Part shown: one piece after another, positions 15,271 through 28,389 of the stretch
How positions within the stretch are numbered: position 1 is the first letter of the stretch
How the letters are laid out: each line of letters begins with the position of its first letter
The notes under the pieces: generated by a model
The model's input: the letters and a program-made list of their open reading frames with translations, nothing else
What the model was told of the DNA's origin: nothing
Databases searched by the model: none
NCBI RefSeq assembly: GCF_009914755.1
Contig: NC_060935.1
Reading direction: 5' to 3' (one strand)
Length of the DNA: 64,000 nt
From: the human T2T-CHM13v2.0 reference genome, Homo sapiens
Made by a program: the position numbers and the translations under genes

Positions 15271-17481
15271 GTGGATTTAAAAATATGCCAAATGCTATTA
15301 TATCATCAAATAAGAAGGAATAAGAAGGAATGATTGTTTCTTAACAATGATGAACTCTGGGTAATAATGTTTGAAAGGTTTCTCTGTCTGGGACAAAGAA
15401 CTATGCTATAAATAGGCTTTGCTCAAATCAGAATTTGACTTTTGAGGACAACCTTTAATTTTACCTGGCATTATTTACTATTTGTTCATTCAAAACTGGT
15501 CACATCAGGAGGGCATTCTGCTTCTAATATTTACATTTTACGTCTTTTGAAAGGCAGAGAAACTGACATTTAAATAAGTTTAAATGAAATTGATAGCACT
15601 TATTTTTTTCCAAATAAGGTACACAGGATTTGAAAGCAGATTCCCAGAGACCCTAGTTCTATTTTGCTCCTTGTTTCTTTCTTTCTGTTTTTCATTGTCC
15701 TTCAGCTCCAAGGAGTGATGTTGCTGCTTCTTTTAAAAGGCACCTAATCACTAACCAGATTTTCAGTACTGACGTGGTTAGGAATAGAAAAGGTGACACA
15801 TTTTTGCCTGCAAAATAACAATGGCTCCCATTCAAGGAACCAGGTTAATGTCCTGAAAAATGGACATTGCATATTCTTGGGGTTTTGGGTATTCTAATAT
15901 AAGCAACATTCTGATTTAAAAGCGAACATATATTTTAAACAAAGTGAATAGCAACTTTTTGAGCCCTAGAATCAGTGCATGTCCCTAGATGCACACCATT
16001 CAAAGGGCTGCAGTTATCTATGTCAAGGCAGCTGGGAAACTGGACCTGCAACATATAGTGTTCTTTCCAAAATGAAAAGATATTATAATAAAAATTGTGT
16101 GTGGCATTTAGAAGTTCTTCTTAAGTAACCTAATGATTCTTGAAATAGATAGATCAGAAAGCTCAAGTAACGATGAATGCACAAACATGATCTCTTAGCT
16201 TCAACTGCTTGTAAGGCCTGGTATTCCATACAGCATTATGATTGCTTTGCATTTCTCATCATTTGTCACACGCCCTATAAATCAATAGAAGAGATTTTCT
16301 GTAACAGGGGTTAAGAAACTTGCTCTCACCGATTGAATTACTCTATGAGAATCTATTCTTAAGCTATTATAAAACCAAGTTAATAACATTGACTAAATGA
16401 CAACTGAATATGAGGCAACTTTGTGATTCGTATTATTATAACCCATTTTCTTTTGGGAAAAATGCTTCTCAGCTCCTTTTATATATTCTCTGAGAAGATA
16501 ATACATTTTCTCAAATTAAAATGAATGAAAGATGTAGCTGTGACACTTCTTTCTCATTTTTTTAAATTAAATTGCCATATTGCTAAAGTTCTAATTCCCT
16601 TTAATTAAGTAACCATTAAAAAAATTGAAGTTGACTATTCAAAAAATTCTAGCAGTTGTAAAACTGGTTCTTTAATCTAGAGATCAGCTCTAATGGCCAC
16701 ATCATTACCATCATTTGTATTAATTTGCCATTTAAAATTAGAGGAATGTCCACTAAAGTTAAGTTCTGAGTAACACAGACCCTCCTTTATCTGCTACTGT
16801 GAAAGTGACAGTTGGAATTGCAAAGAGATTGTCAATTTTTTTCTTTGAAAGCAGTTAGCATATGGTGCCCAAAGATTTTTATGGATTTTGGTCTCATCAA
16901 AAGTAGCACCAAAGTTACAAAAATATTTATTGGTCCACAAATAAATGTCTGTCTGTGATGACGCCAGTCAGCTTACCTGCCACAATTACCTAAAATCTGT
17001 TGACAACCAATCTGTGGACTAGCATGGCCTACTCCTACAGCCGTTCAAGGCCACCTCATTCCTTGTAAATATAACCAAAGAGGATGCACAAAAGGTTCAG
17101 AGTCCTCCGCAACATTAGGCTCTGTCTGGCAATAGTTAGAGATTGGAGAAAGGAAAGACACCTAGTGTTTCATCAAAGTCTTGATTTCTCTTCTTTTGTA
17201 TAACTTTATTCAGAAACAGATAAGCAAATTATTTAGTATGGATTATATAGCTGCATGGAAAAGACAGATTTTCAAATTCACTTTTATTGATTGTCAGTAG
17301 GTCAGGAGTTTTAAAATGGATTTACATGAATGTCTGCTGAAATGGATGACAGAGAGAGACCCTATCACCCATCATGGACTGATACAGGATTGCTGCTTGT
17401 AATGAATTGAGGGGATTTCCTTTCTCGTGTTCTAATATGTATTAATATTTCATATATAAAATCTAATGTAGTACTGTGTAA

Positions 17482-17880
<399 letters not shown>

Positions 17881-18261
17881 TTTTTAAAATTTTTTTTAAT
17901 TTTATTATTATTGTACTTTAAGTTTTAGGGTACATGTGCACAACGTACAGGTTTGTTACATATGTATACATGTGCCATATTGGTGTGCTGCACCGATTAA
18001 CTCGTCATTTAACATTAGGTATATCTCCTAATACTATCCCTCCCGCCCACCCCACAACAGTCCCTGGTGTGGCCATCATTAAAAAGTCAGGAAACAACAG
18101 GTGCTGGAGAGGATGTGGAGAAATAGGAACACTTTTACACTGTTGGTGGGACTGTAAACTAGTTCAACCATTGTGGAAGTCAGTGTGGCGATTCCTCAGG
18201 GATCTAGAACTAGAAATACCATTTGACCCAGCCATCCCATTACTAGGTATATACCCAAAGG
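17881..18261 (-). mobile_element. Short 5'-inverted (twin-primed) L1PA
   Basis: Minus-strand 3' UTR end 17881-18071 joined to plus-strand ORF2 piece 18070-18261; TSD ggttctact(a/g)ctttct at 17518-17533 / 18260-18275. Confidence 0.9.
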
Positions 18262-18749
18262 TTCTACTGCTTTCTAGTGGTGTGTCTTAGGCCCTAACAT
18301 CTCCAAGCTCTAAGTTTTCTCATTTGCAAAATGGGCATTGTAAAAGTGCAAATAACTGTATATGATTGTTGCAGAAATTAAATAAATTCATATAAATCTG
18401 TTAGCACAATAGTATATAATTGCTTAATAAAATGGAGCTGCTTGTTCTTTGTATATATAAAATATATCTGAGAAAAACATATTTCATCTATATTTATTCA
18501 CATATTTTTCTAATAGGTGGAAGGTGAGAAGAAATCCTGCCTTATTATCAAAAAGAAGTCCCATGCATTCTCCTCCATAATGTCTTCATCAACTATCCCA
18601 GGGAGAAACAAGCAATTATTGCATCTGCAAGAATTCTTAGATAGGATATGTCACCTTTTTTTCTGGTAATACTTCACCTCTTTTACTTATAGTTATGAGT
18701 CTCAGGGATATAGACCTTACTCTCACCTCCAGCAGTGGTTTAAGGGTAA

Positions 18750-19850
18750 ATAAAACAAACTGAACATGAGATCTACCTTCTTACATTTGTAAGTGCATGA
18801 CACATTATTATTGACTGTAAGTACTATATTGTACAGGGTGATCTCTGGAGCTTGCTCACTGTTGCTTAAAAATATATGCCTGCTGATTAGTCATGCCCAT
18901 TTAGTCCTTTTCCTGACCCTGATAACCATCATTTCACTTTTTGATTCTATGATTTTTGACTATCTTAGATACCTCATATAAGTGGAATTACACCATCTTT
19001 GTCTTTCTATGACCAGCCTATTTTACTTAAAATGTCTTCAAGTTTCATTCATGTTGTCACAAATAGTATTCACAATCTTTATCCATTCATCTGTCGAGGG
19101 ACATTTAGGTTGTTTACACATCTTGATTATTGTGAGTATGCTGCAGTCAACATTGGAATGCTGCAATAAACATAAGGATCTTTTTCGAGATCCTGATTTA
19201 ATTCTGTTGCATAAATATCCAGAGATAGGATTGCTGGATCACATGGAGTTCTATTTTTAATTTTTAAAGGGACCTATATACTGTGTTCCATAGTAACTAC
19301 ACCATTTTACACTTCCACCAGACATGTTCAATGATTCCAAATTCTTCACATCCTTGCCAACATTTGTTTTTTGTTTTTTTGTTTGTTTTTTTTTTTTTGA
19401 TAATAGCCATCCAGACAGGCTTGAAGTAATATCTCATTGTGGTTTTAACTTGCATTTCATTACTGACATTGAGCAAAAATTTTGTTTACTGTTTGGCCAT
19501 TTGTATGTCTTTTTTGGAGAAACGTCTATTCAAGCCCTTAGCCCATTTTTTTTATTCATCATTAATTTTATTTACTATTTAGTTGTAGAAGCTCCTTATA
19601 TGTTTCACTCAGATTAATCCCTTATAAAATAGGTAGTTTGTAAATATTTGCTTCCATTTGTAGGTTACCTTTTTATTCTGTTGAATGTTTCCCTTGCTGT
19701 GCAGAGCTTTTTAGTTTGATAGAGACATTTATTTTTGTTTTTGTTGCCTGTGTTTTCAGTGTCATATCCCTGAAGCTATTGCTAATACCAATATAGTAAA
19801 GATTTCCCCTGTGTTTTCTTCTAGGAGTTTTATACTTTTGGTCTTTAACA
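18750..19850 (-). mobile_element. L1MA-type LINE-1 3' region
   Basis: aacatgagatctaccttcttacatttgtaagtgc...; atccattcatctgtcgagggacatttaggttg; gtgttttcttctaggagtttta. Confidence 0.85.
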
Positions 19851-20279
19851 TATGGTGAGATGATTTGAGTGCTAATGTTATTTAGGGTAACCCATTCCCC
19901 CTACTTACACATGAATCAAAAGTGACCACACGACCCATTTTCTGAAACCTGTAAGGAAATTTCCTTTGCTTCTAACATAGAATCATATGAAGAAATAAGT
20001 CCTTATTTTTCTAGATGGTGGTCTAGCCATCAAACTTGGGACCATCTTGCTCTTAGCCTGAGAATAAAGATAACTCTGAGGACATTGCACAAAGATGTTT
20101 GTGTTAATTCGGTTCATCTGGCCTAGGTGTGCTCACTGACTGATGTCAAGAGGATTCATAGTGAATCAGTAGCCAATTATTATACGCTCAAATTCACAGA
20201 TTTTTGCAAAGCCTTCACACACCACAAATCATCAATTAATATTGAACACACAGTCGGTAATAAAAAAGGGGCTAACAAA

Positions 20280-20624
20280 CTACAGTGATGGCTCAGGGGA
20301 CCAGCATGCCAACAGAAGCGTCAAGTGTGACAAGAAATTCTTCAGACACCGATCGACAGGGGAGTCATTTCTTCCAGAACCTCTGGTGGCAGATGCCAAG
20401 TTGGGAGAAGATTTCAAAGTTCTCAGGGTCAGAGACTCCAAAGGGGTCTCAGACAGGATCAGTTCCTCCTTGCTGCTTTTAGGATTCTCTGCAGTTGTGT
20501 ATATTCTCATTATCTTAGCCACTTTTCTGGATTTACTTTCTATCGGTTGTTTCAGGTCTTCTGTGGGACTGGGCAACAGCAGATGTTATCTTCTCATTTT
20601 GGTGCATTACATATGTGTTTACTG
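20280..20624 (-). other. Candidate (terminal?) exon of a minus-strand transcript; 3' boundary unknown
   Basis: Non-repetitive, more GC-rich than flanks; acceptor tgtttacccttcatag|CAG (NAGNAG) at 20624/20625. Confidence 0.35.
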
Positions 20625-20969
20625 CTATGAAGGGTAAACAACTTCACTGTGGGCCTAATGCCTCTTGATATGAGTGACTCCATTTTGAGATATTAAGATC
20701 ACAACTCATTGTGATATACTAAAGATTAAAATAAACAGGGTATTTAATGACATAAATAGGCTACTTGATATATCTGTCCTGGACCTCACCCTATCAAAGA
20801 TAATGTGTCTCCTTACAATTTGTGTCCATTTCAGCTAGACTTTCTATTCTAATTTAAATATTAGTCATTTGGCACTTATCATATGCTGTCTTACATCTTT
20901 TTATTTATAACTTCTACCCCCCTCCATCCTAACTGCCACCATCACTAGATTGTAAAATCTTTGGGAAAA

Positions 20970-21210
20970 CAAATTGGCATGATAAATACATATAGGCTTA
21001 GAAGTTGAATAGGTCTGGGTAAATATCTCCTCTCCACCACTTTTACGATGTAAAATCTTGAAAATGTTATATAAGCTTTCTAAGCCTCAGTTTTTTCATC
21101 TCTAAATTAGAAGGAAATAATATTCAGTAAACAAAGCTTTGTGAGCACTAGATGATGCAAAGGTAAAATGCCTACTAGTGTTTGGTCCTGAATTGGCACT
21201 GAAAAAAATA
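20970..21210 (+). mobile_element. MIR
   Basis: ttgaaaatgttatataagctttctaagcctcagttttttcatctctaaa. Confidence 0.65.
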
Positions 21211-21652
21211 GCACTTCTGTTTTGCCTCTCCCTTACAATTTTCACTTTTCCTTGCCTCCATCCTTGTAGATACTCAAATGTGCCTTGCAGCTACCACTGT
21301 TGTTTCTAATTTTTACATAGAGTAGGACTGCAATAATTGCACTACTAATTTCAGAGCAACGTTCTGTGTGATATGTGAAGCTTCCTATCAACTAGGCCAA
21401 TGTGGTCCAGAGTAAGAATTCAGTTTCAAACATCTCAAAACGTCATGTTCAGTTTTCTCGTTGCTTCTGAATCCTCCTAGCAATTAAGACCCAGTTTCCA
21501 TAATTTCTCCTTGGTGGAAATTTTTTCAGCTCCTTAATTCACAATTCTCTTGCCTGCCTTGGAATTCTGGAGTGGCTACATTTCCAGTTACATACAACCT
21601 AGCAACTGTTGTCTCAGTTAATTAGATATTTCTTAACATGTGCACAGCTTAA

Positions 21653-21901
21653 ATTCACAATTAGAAAAGTTTGAAGATGCATTTTCACTTTGCTTTTTAT
21701 TTCCTGATTATATTTAGTACCAATGGATTATTTACTCAGCAATAATTGTTATGTGTATAGAATGTTGCTGTTATCCTGTATTACACACTGAACTTCCTGT
21801 GTGGAAAGCAAGTTGGTAGAGTTGTTACTATTTAGTAAATGAAACCATTGAGACAATAAGCAACTTCTACATGGTTATACGTCTAACTAGAATCCCAGGT
21901 G
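21653..21901 (+). repeat. Local direct duplication A, copy 1 (249 bp)
   Basis: Matches 22489-22736 with 3 differences by manual alignment. Confidence 0.97.
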
Positions 21902-22488
21902 TTCACCTGGGAACTTGGTGTTCTTGATAATGCATAGGCTAAGCTGCACACATACCACATTCCTACGCATCCTTTGTTCCCACCCCAAGAAGCGTAACAG
22001 AATGCAAGAATGATGTTGAATCAATTCTAATTATTTTCAGCCAACAATTCATAAACTGTAGTACTGTATTCCTAACAAATTACTTATGACTTACCTTACA
22101 AGTGACTTCAACATTGCAATGTCTCACTGCACCTGTTTTGAAAACCACTGGTCTAGAAAGTATCAGCAAGAGACATGTATTTATGTCATGAGTTGGAAGG
22201 AGGTGCTAATTTCTGCCATCTGGAAGGCCACGCATTACTTTCCTTACTTTGCCATTCTTGGCATTCCTTTTTTTTTTTTTTTTTTGAGTGATTATTTGAA
22301 AGCCAGTTATCCAGTGATAAGAATAGTCTGAAGGTCCATGTTAGATTATAGGGGAATACAATGATAATCAAATTTAAGCAGTTTTTGATCAAAAATCCCT
22401 CTTGATGTAATAAGCATAAAATTTGCTCCAGCTCAGCAGAGGATTTTGCTTATCTTAATAATGCAAGGTCTTTATTGCATTATTTTCT

Positions 22489-22736
22489 ATTCACAATTAG
22501 AAAAGTTTGAAGATGCATTTTCACTTTGCTTTTTATTTCCTGATTATATTTATACCAACGGATTATTTACTCAGCAATAATTGTTATGTGTATAGAATGT
22601 TGCTGTTATCCTGTATTACACACTGAACTTCCTGTGTGGAAAGCAAGTTGGTAGAGTTGTTACTATTTAGTAAATGAAAACATTGAGACAATAAGCAACT
22701 TCTACATGGTTATACGTCTAACTAGAATCCCAGGTG
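22489..22736 (+). repeat. Local direct duplication A, copy 2 (248 bp)
   Basis: Matches 21653-21901. Confidence 0.97.
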
Positions 22737-22739
22737 ATG

Positions 22740-22960
22740 AACAGAGGACCCACCTCCACACGGGCTTTCATGGTTCCCGCAGCATAGGCAGAGGACAGGG
22801 CATGTTGCACAATGACTCTTCATGCTTCTGCATGTGTAACAGCCACAGTGCTGCTCACATTGCATAGGCTAAAGCAAGTCATGTGGATTCACCTAATATC
22901 AAAGTTCCATGGAGGTTCAGTTATACATATGAGTGGAAGGAAACTCTAGTATTGTGAACA
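22740..22960 (-). mobile_element. Old MLT1 (J/K-like) LTR fragment
   Basis: ctgctcacattgcataggctaaagcaagtcatgtggattcacctaa motif. Confidence 0.55.
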
Positions 22961-23100
22961 TCCCTAATGAATATCTGGAAGGCATGCTTAGTATCAATAC
23001 CACTCCTGTTAAAAGTTGTACAGATGACAAGAGGGACAATATAAAGGTGATAATCATAACCAATAGCCTTGGCTATGATAATATAAAATATTCGGCACAT

Positions 23101-23108
23101 ATATATGT

Positions 23109-23146
<38 letters not shown>
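23101..23146. repeat. (TA)n microsatellite
   Basis: Read directly. Confidence 0.95.
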
Positions 23147-23154
<8 letters not shown>

Positions 23155-23175
23155 TGTATTTCTACCTCCTGACTA

Positions 23176-23488
<313 letters not shown>

Positions 23489-25566
23489 TTAGATACTTTA
23501 TCAGACATACATTCACGTGTGTGCATGCATACACACACACAATCTTTAGTTGCTCTATGGTCCCTTATAAATTGCAACTTTATCTCACTCATTTTACATC
23601 CTTTCTATTTCACTCAGTATTTGTAACTACAACAACTTTCTTTCAGTTTCTTGGGCATACTCAGCTACTTTTTACTTTAGAGACTTTACATATTATGTGT
23701 TCTCAGAATGCTTTTTACAAACACATTTATCTAACTGGTCACTGTTCATTCTTCAAGGACAAACTTTGTGTTGTTTTCTGTAGATTCCTTTAGCTTCTAA
23801 AACTAGATTATGTTGCTCTGTTTAACATTTTTATTGAAACCTGTTTTTTTCATAGCACCCATTATAACTGTTATTATGTGAGTATCCAACATTCTGTCTC
23901 TTCCTACACTTTAAAAAAATGTACCACAGCAAGTCAATATCTAGTAAAATACATAGCACAAAATTACATGCTAAATAATTAACTGAACTAAGATTTCTTG
24001 GCCACCCATGAGTACTACATCTTGTGGAGTAAAATCCAATATAGATCTTTGTTCTCTACCCCTTCCCCTACTTTTGGGTGTTTTGAAGAAACCATCTATG
24101 CAATTAGAACCAGCTCTTTGGAGGTACTAAAGGCTAAGCTTCCTCTTGAACCTGGTGACAGGAATTTCAGGTGATTAGGGCTTTATATTGCATTTCGCGA
24201 GAATAACTTTCAAATGATTTATATTCTCAAGCTCTCAGAATAGACACAACAGGATTACATTTCCCTGTTCTTTTTTCACTCTCCTGATGTTTGGCAAATG
24301 ATTCGGCATATCACCATAACTACCAACTCCCCTGTCTCTTTCTTGGCTAGGCGCTGAGCTGTGTTCACTTTAAAATCTAATCCCAGGATTTATAAGTCCC
24401 TGACCTCTTCATACACATTTCATTCTGCTGATCTCACAAAATCCGGTTTGGGATGGGTTGCTTGGCTCCTTGATTTTCTTCTCTGGAGAATGTCCTTGTT
24501 ACACTGTAACTCCCAAACCTGAGTATGGACAGCTTGGAATCTGTGCTTCCCTCTAAATTCTAAATTTATTGTGCAAATCGGTATGCTAAACAAATTCAAA
24601 TATAGCAATGTGGTGAGCCTTCATTAGCTAGCACAGGACAGACCGTACTTCTTCCCTGCTTCCTCTGAAAAATGCAGAGGAGAACTAAATTTAATGTGCA
24701 ATGTTCCTGGCATCGATTTCCCATCTAGCCTACTTCCCTCGTCCATTTTGTTTCTTTGCTGTTTTACCTAATGCCACTAAATTAATTTTCCTTGGGTTGA
24801 ATTTGTTAACCCAATCACAAACAATAAAGAACAGAAATTTGCCTATGCATACAGATTAGGTAATGCAAACCTCTCATTGTCCTGAAAGTCCAAAATCTAA
24901 CCTAGCACCACAAGTCCCCAATTACAATGCCTGTTTACCTCTGACAACATAGACCTTGCTTAAAGTGTGTAGTTCACTGCTCAGTTCTTCTCTAAAGTCC
25001 ACATTCCTTTCTCTGTCACTGGTTTGGTTTTCTCCTCTGGTCCTGCCTATTTATTGCGGCCATGGCTCAAGAGAGAAAATCGTAAACTCAAATGTTAATT
25101 TATTCATTTAATATGAGAAAAAATGCAACTTGTGGAAAACATCCATCTATTTCCACTTTGGAGAAATACCTGCCCGGCAGCCAGGACCTCTCCCTGGTCG
25201 GGGTGTAGAGAGCCTGCAAATCTATGACTCTGTGGCTCCCCTTCATATGAGCTCCGTGAGGGCTGTAACTACATTCCTTTAGTTTCATTATAGCTAAACG
25301 TTACTCTGGCTAAGCATATATAATTTTTAAAGTGACTCACATATAATAACTGATATTTGTTTTTATAGTTTACTTTCTTTGAACTATATTAGTTTTTTGA
25401 CCTTTCAGATTCTTATATGGGTAGGTGAGGGCTGAAGTGAGAATACATGGGGATAAAACTGACAGCTTCTGGGTATTTTACTTTCCTCTTTGTATTGGTT
25501 TTCTTAGAACGTCTATCCACTCCGTCCTATATTATTGTAATAGCCTCCTAAACTACAGTGACCTTC

Positions 25567-25939
25567 TATATTAGTTCATTTTCACACTGCTATAAAGAAA
25601 TATGTGAGACTGGATAATTTATAGAGGAAAGAGGTTTAATTGACTCACAGTTTCGCATTGCTGGGGAGGCCTCAGTAAACTTATAGTCATAATGGAAGGA
25701 GAAGCAAGCACCGTCTTCACAGGGCTGCAAGAGAAAGAGTGTATGCAAAAGCAAGGAAAACCGCCATATAAAACCATCTGATCTTATGAGAACTCACTCA
25801 CTATCACGAGAACAGCATGGGGGAAACCACCCCCATGATCCAATCACCTCCCTCCCGGTGTCTCCCTCAACATGTGGGGATTGTTGGGCTTACAATTAGA
25901 GATGAGATTGGGGTGGGGACACAGAGCCAAACCATATTA
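25567..25939 (-). mobile_element. THE1 (D-like) MaLR solo LTR
   Basis: Ends ...gggtggggacacagagccaaaccatatta; 5-bp TSD ccttc at 25562-25566 / 25940-25944. Confidence 0.92.
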
Positions 25940-26049
25940 CCTTCGTTGCTCTGATCTATCCTACAAAAAAATATTGATTTTGTGCCGCATCACCATGATC
26001 CAGTCATTTTCTTGCTCATAAGTCCTTTCTAGATGACCTTTGTTTATTG

Positions 26050-26246
26050 CATTGGTTCACAAACTACTGTTCTGGACCAGCAGCATTGGCATCACCTGAG
26101 AACAGCATTGGCATCACCTGTTAGAAATTAAAATTCTCAGGCCCCACTTCTTTTTTACTGAATAAGAAACTCATGAGTGCGGACCAGAAATATGTGTTTC
26201 AACAAGCCGTTGAGGTGACTCTGATGCTGGAAACTCCTAGACCATT
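26050..26246. mobile_element. MER5A hAT-Charlie MITE with internal tandem duplication
   Basis: ggaccagcagcattggcatcacctg...ttagaaa...tctcaggcccca...tttcaacaagcc...aggtgactctgatgc; cagcattggcatcacctg occurs twice (26081, 26103). Confidence 0.85.
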
Positions 26247-26283
26247 GAATAATCGAAATCCCTAAAAATGCTATTTTTATGGA

Positions 26284-26314
26284 TTGATATCGTGTCTCCA
26301 AGACACGATATCAA
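26284..26314. repeat. Perfect 14-bp inverted repeat with 3-nt loop
   Basis: ttgatatcgtgtct-cca-agacacgatatcaa. Confidence 0.97.
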
Positions 26315-26777
26315 CCCACATGCCAGCTTTATTTTATAAACCCAATTGCACATTTTCTAAGTCTCAGTAAAACCACAAATCTTACTACTTTTAAAATATG
26401 CATTATAATATCTCATGTCACATATTTTTCTTACACTGTTCCCTCTTTAAAAGATTTCCTTATCACACCTCTCTTCCAACCACCGGTAACAATAACTCTG
26501 CTGCAATCCTCTTTATTTTTCAAAGCCCTGTCTGAAAAAGTACCCTGCTTTTTAAACATTTCCCAATTTCCTATCAAAAAATAGGATACTTTCCTCTTTT
26601 GAGTCTTCAGAATAACTTCATTTCATCACTTTAATGCCTGCATCACAACATAATTTCTAACATATTTTAATTGTGAATGTGATGACTGATGACTGGCAAC
26701 CTCTTTCACCATTTGGCTAGAAGGCTTTGGCAGGTAAGGACTAGATCCTATTCACTTTGATTCTACTGCAGTTTCTT

Positions 26778-26898
26778 TTCTTTTTTTTTTTTTTTTTTTT
26801 TTTTTTTGAGACAGAGTCTCGCTTTGTCGCCCAGGCCGGACTGCGGACTGCAGTGGCGCAATCTCGGCTCACTGCAAGCTCCGCTTCCCGGGTTCACG
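26778..26898 (-). mobile_element. 5'-truncated AluYb8/Yb9-type insertion
   Basis: Diagnostic 7-bp duplication (ggactgcggactgc) plus gggaagcgg and gagattgcg on the sense strand; long pure poly-T; TSD ctactg(c/t)agtttctt at 26763-26777 / 26899-26913. Confidence 0.93.
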
Positions 26899-27540
26899 CT
26901 ACTGTAGTTTCTTGTACATAGTGGTATTCAGCATGGGTAGATTAGTTAAAAGAAGCAAATACCTTTTTTTCTATAAAGAACAATGCCCTTTAAGCCTCTT
27001 TTTGCCGACTTTAAATCAAGTGCTTCCCTAGAAACCCTCTAGTTTCCAGCTGAGTAACATTATCTAGCGATGGTACTATGGAATTAACTCTTGACTTTAA
27101 CTTGGATAGACTTTCATTCAAGTCCCAGACTCACAGCCCCACCCTGGTGACTTCAGGCAAGTCCCTTATCTCTTTGCACTTCATATGTATGATGGGGCTA
27201 CTATTACTTGCCTTATAGGATTGTATGAGGGCTATACTCCATGCAATGCACACATATCTTATAAACAAAAACTACTAGCATAAAATGTGTACATAAGCCA
27301 CAATAACTTAACAATTATCTAAATCTACATAGCTTATATATTATCAAGACAAAATTGAAAATTAAATATTATTTTTGTACTTTATTTCCATCTTCTGTGT
27401 AGAAAAAAAAAATACCTTAGGTTAAAGAAAATTGAAAGGACAGGCTTCCTAATATGCCCCCGTTCTGATCTAGAGGCTAGTTCTTCCCTCCTGGGTTCTC
27501 ACCTAGAAGCTAGCCTATTTGTCCAGTGCCACATACTCAC

Positions 27541-27631
27541 CTTGCTCTTACGCTAAACTAATCAATTTTTTCTCTTCACTGAATTGCTCTATGATTTCCA
27601 TGGTTACCTGCCATGTTTTGATGAAGTAGTC
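27541..27631 (-). other. Candidate internal exon (91 nt; stops in all three frames)
   Basis: Acceptor tctattttatctgttccaatattttgaag|GAC; donor AAG|gtgagtat. Confidence 0.35.
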
Positions 27632-28273
27632 CTTCAAAATATTGGAACAGATAAAATAGAATTTGGAACACATTAATGAATAGACTGCTTCAGTAACTTA
27701 CATGACAATCAACATCAATTTTTAGTTAACTTAAATAAACCCTCAAGGGGAAATACATTATTTCTCTGTATGTGTGTGCATGTGCATGTTTATATAAAAA
27801 GCCTTAGGAGAATCTACTCTGTCAAAGCCTGTGACAGTCCTAACTTTAATGTCCTATAGAGCTTCTTACTATATTATACTATGGCCTCTGCAAGTCATCA
27901 GTTGAAATTAATTAGTGAGGATTCTCTCCCAATTACATCATGGTGATTGTATTGCATTCTGTTTTTCCTAATACATTCAGACATTTCTGGGATGTTGATT
28001 AGTTCTGCCTTCCATCACTTTTCTTACAGCATTTGTGTCAACAAAATTATGAAGTATAGGTTTGGAAGTTACTTAATTTTCTTTTAGCACTTTAATTCAC
28101 AGCTGGTTGTGGCTGTATGCAGTAACCATAATTTTACATATTTGATCCATCAGATACATATTGTAGTTCACTACTATGCAAGTGAAAAGTAAAGTTCTGT
28201 TCTTGAAACTTGGCCTCTCTTGTATGGCAAATCTAAGAATAGGAGGATTATAGAAGCCTAAAGGATTTTAAGT

Positions 28274-28276
28274 TGT

Positions 28277-28312
<36 letters not shown>
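28274..28312. repeat. (TG)n microsatellite
   Basis: Read directly. Confidence 0.95.
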
Positions 28313-28317
<5 letters not shown>

Positions 28318-28389
28318 ACACACACACATATTTTTGTATTACCACTGGAGTTACTTCAATTTTGTGACACTGAAGACTGAAACAGAAAT

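Noticed and set aside
17934-18290. 118-aa ORF as a novel chimeric protein
   Set aside because: Chance read-through across the L1 inversion junction, with a non-ATG start.
21653-22736. Duplication A (and B) as paired LTRs of a tiny retroelement
   Set aside because: No TG...CA termini, no flanking TSD, no primer-binding site or polypurine tract; the interiors are ordinary old-repeat DNA.
26284-26314. Hairpin as pre-miRNA or terminator
   Set aside because: Stem and loop are too short for a pre-miRNA, and rho-independent terminators do not apply to human DNA.
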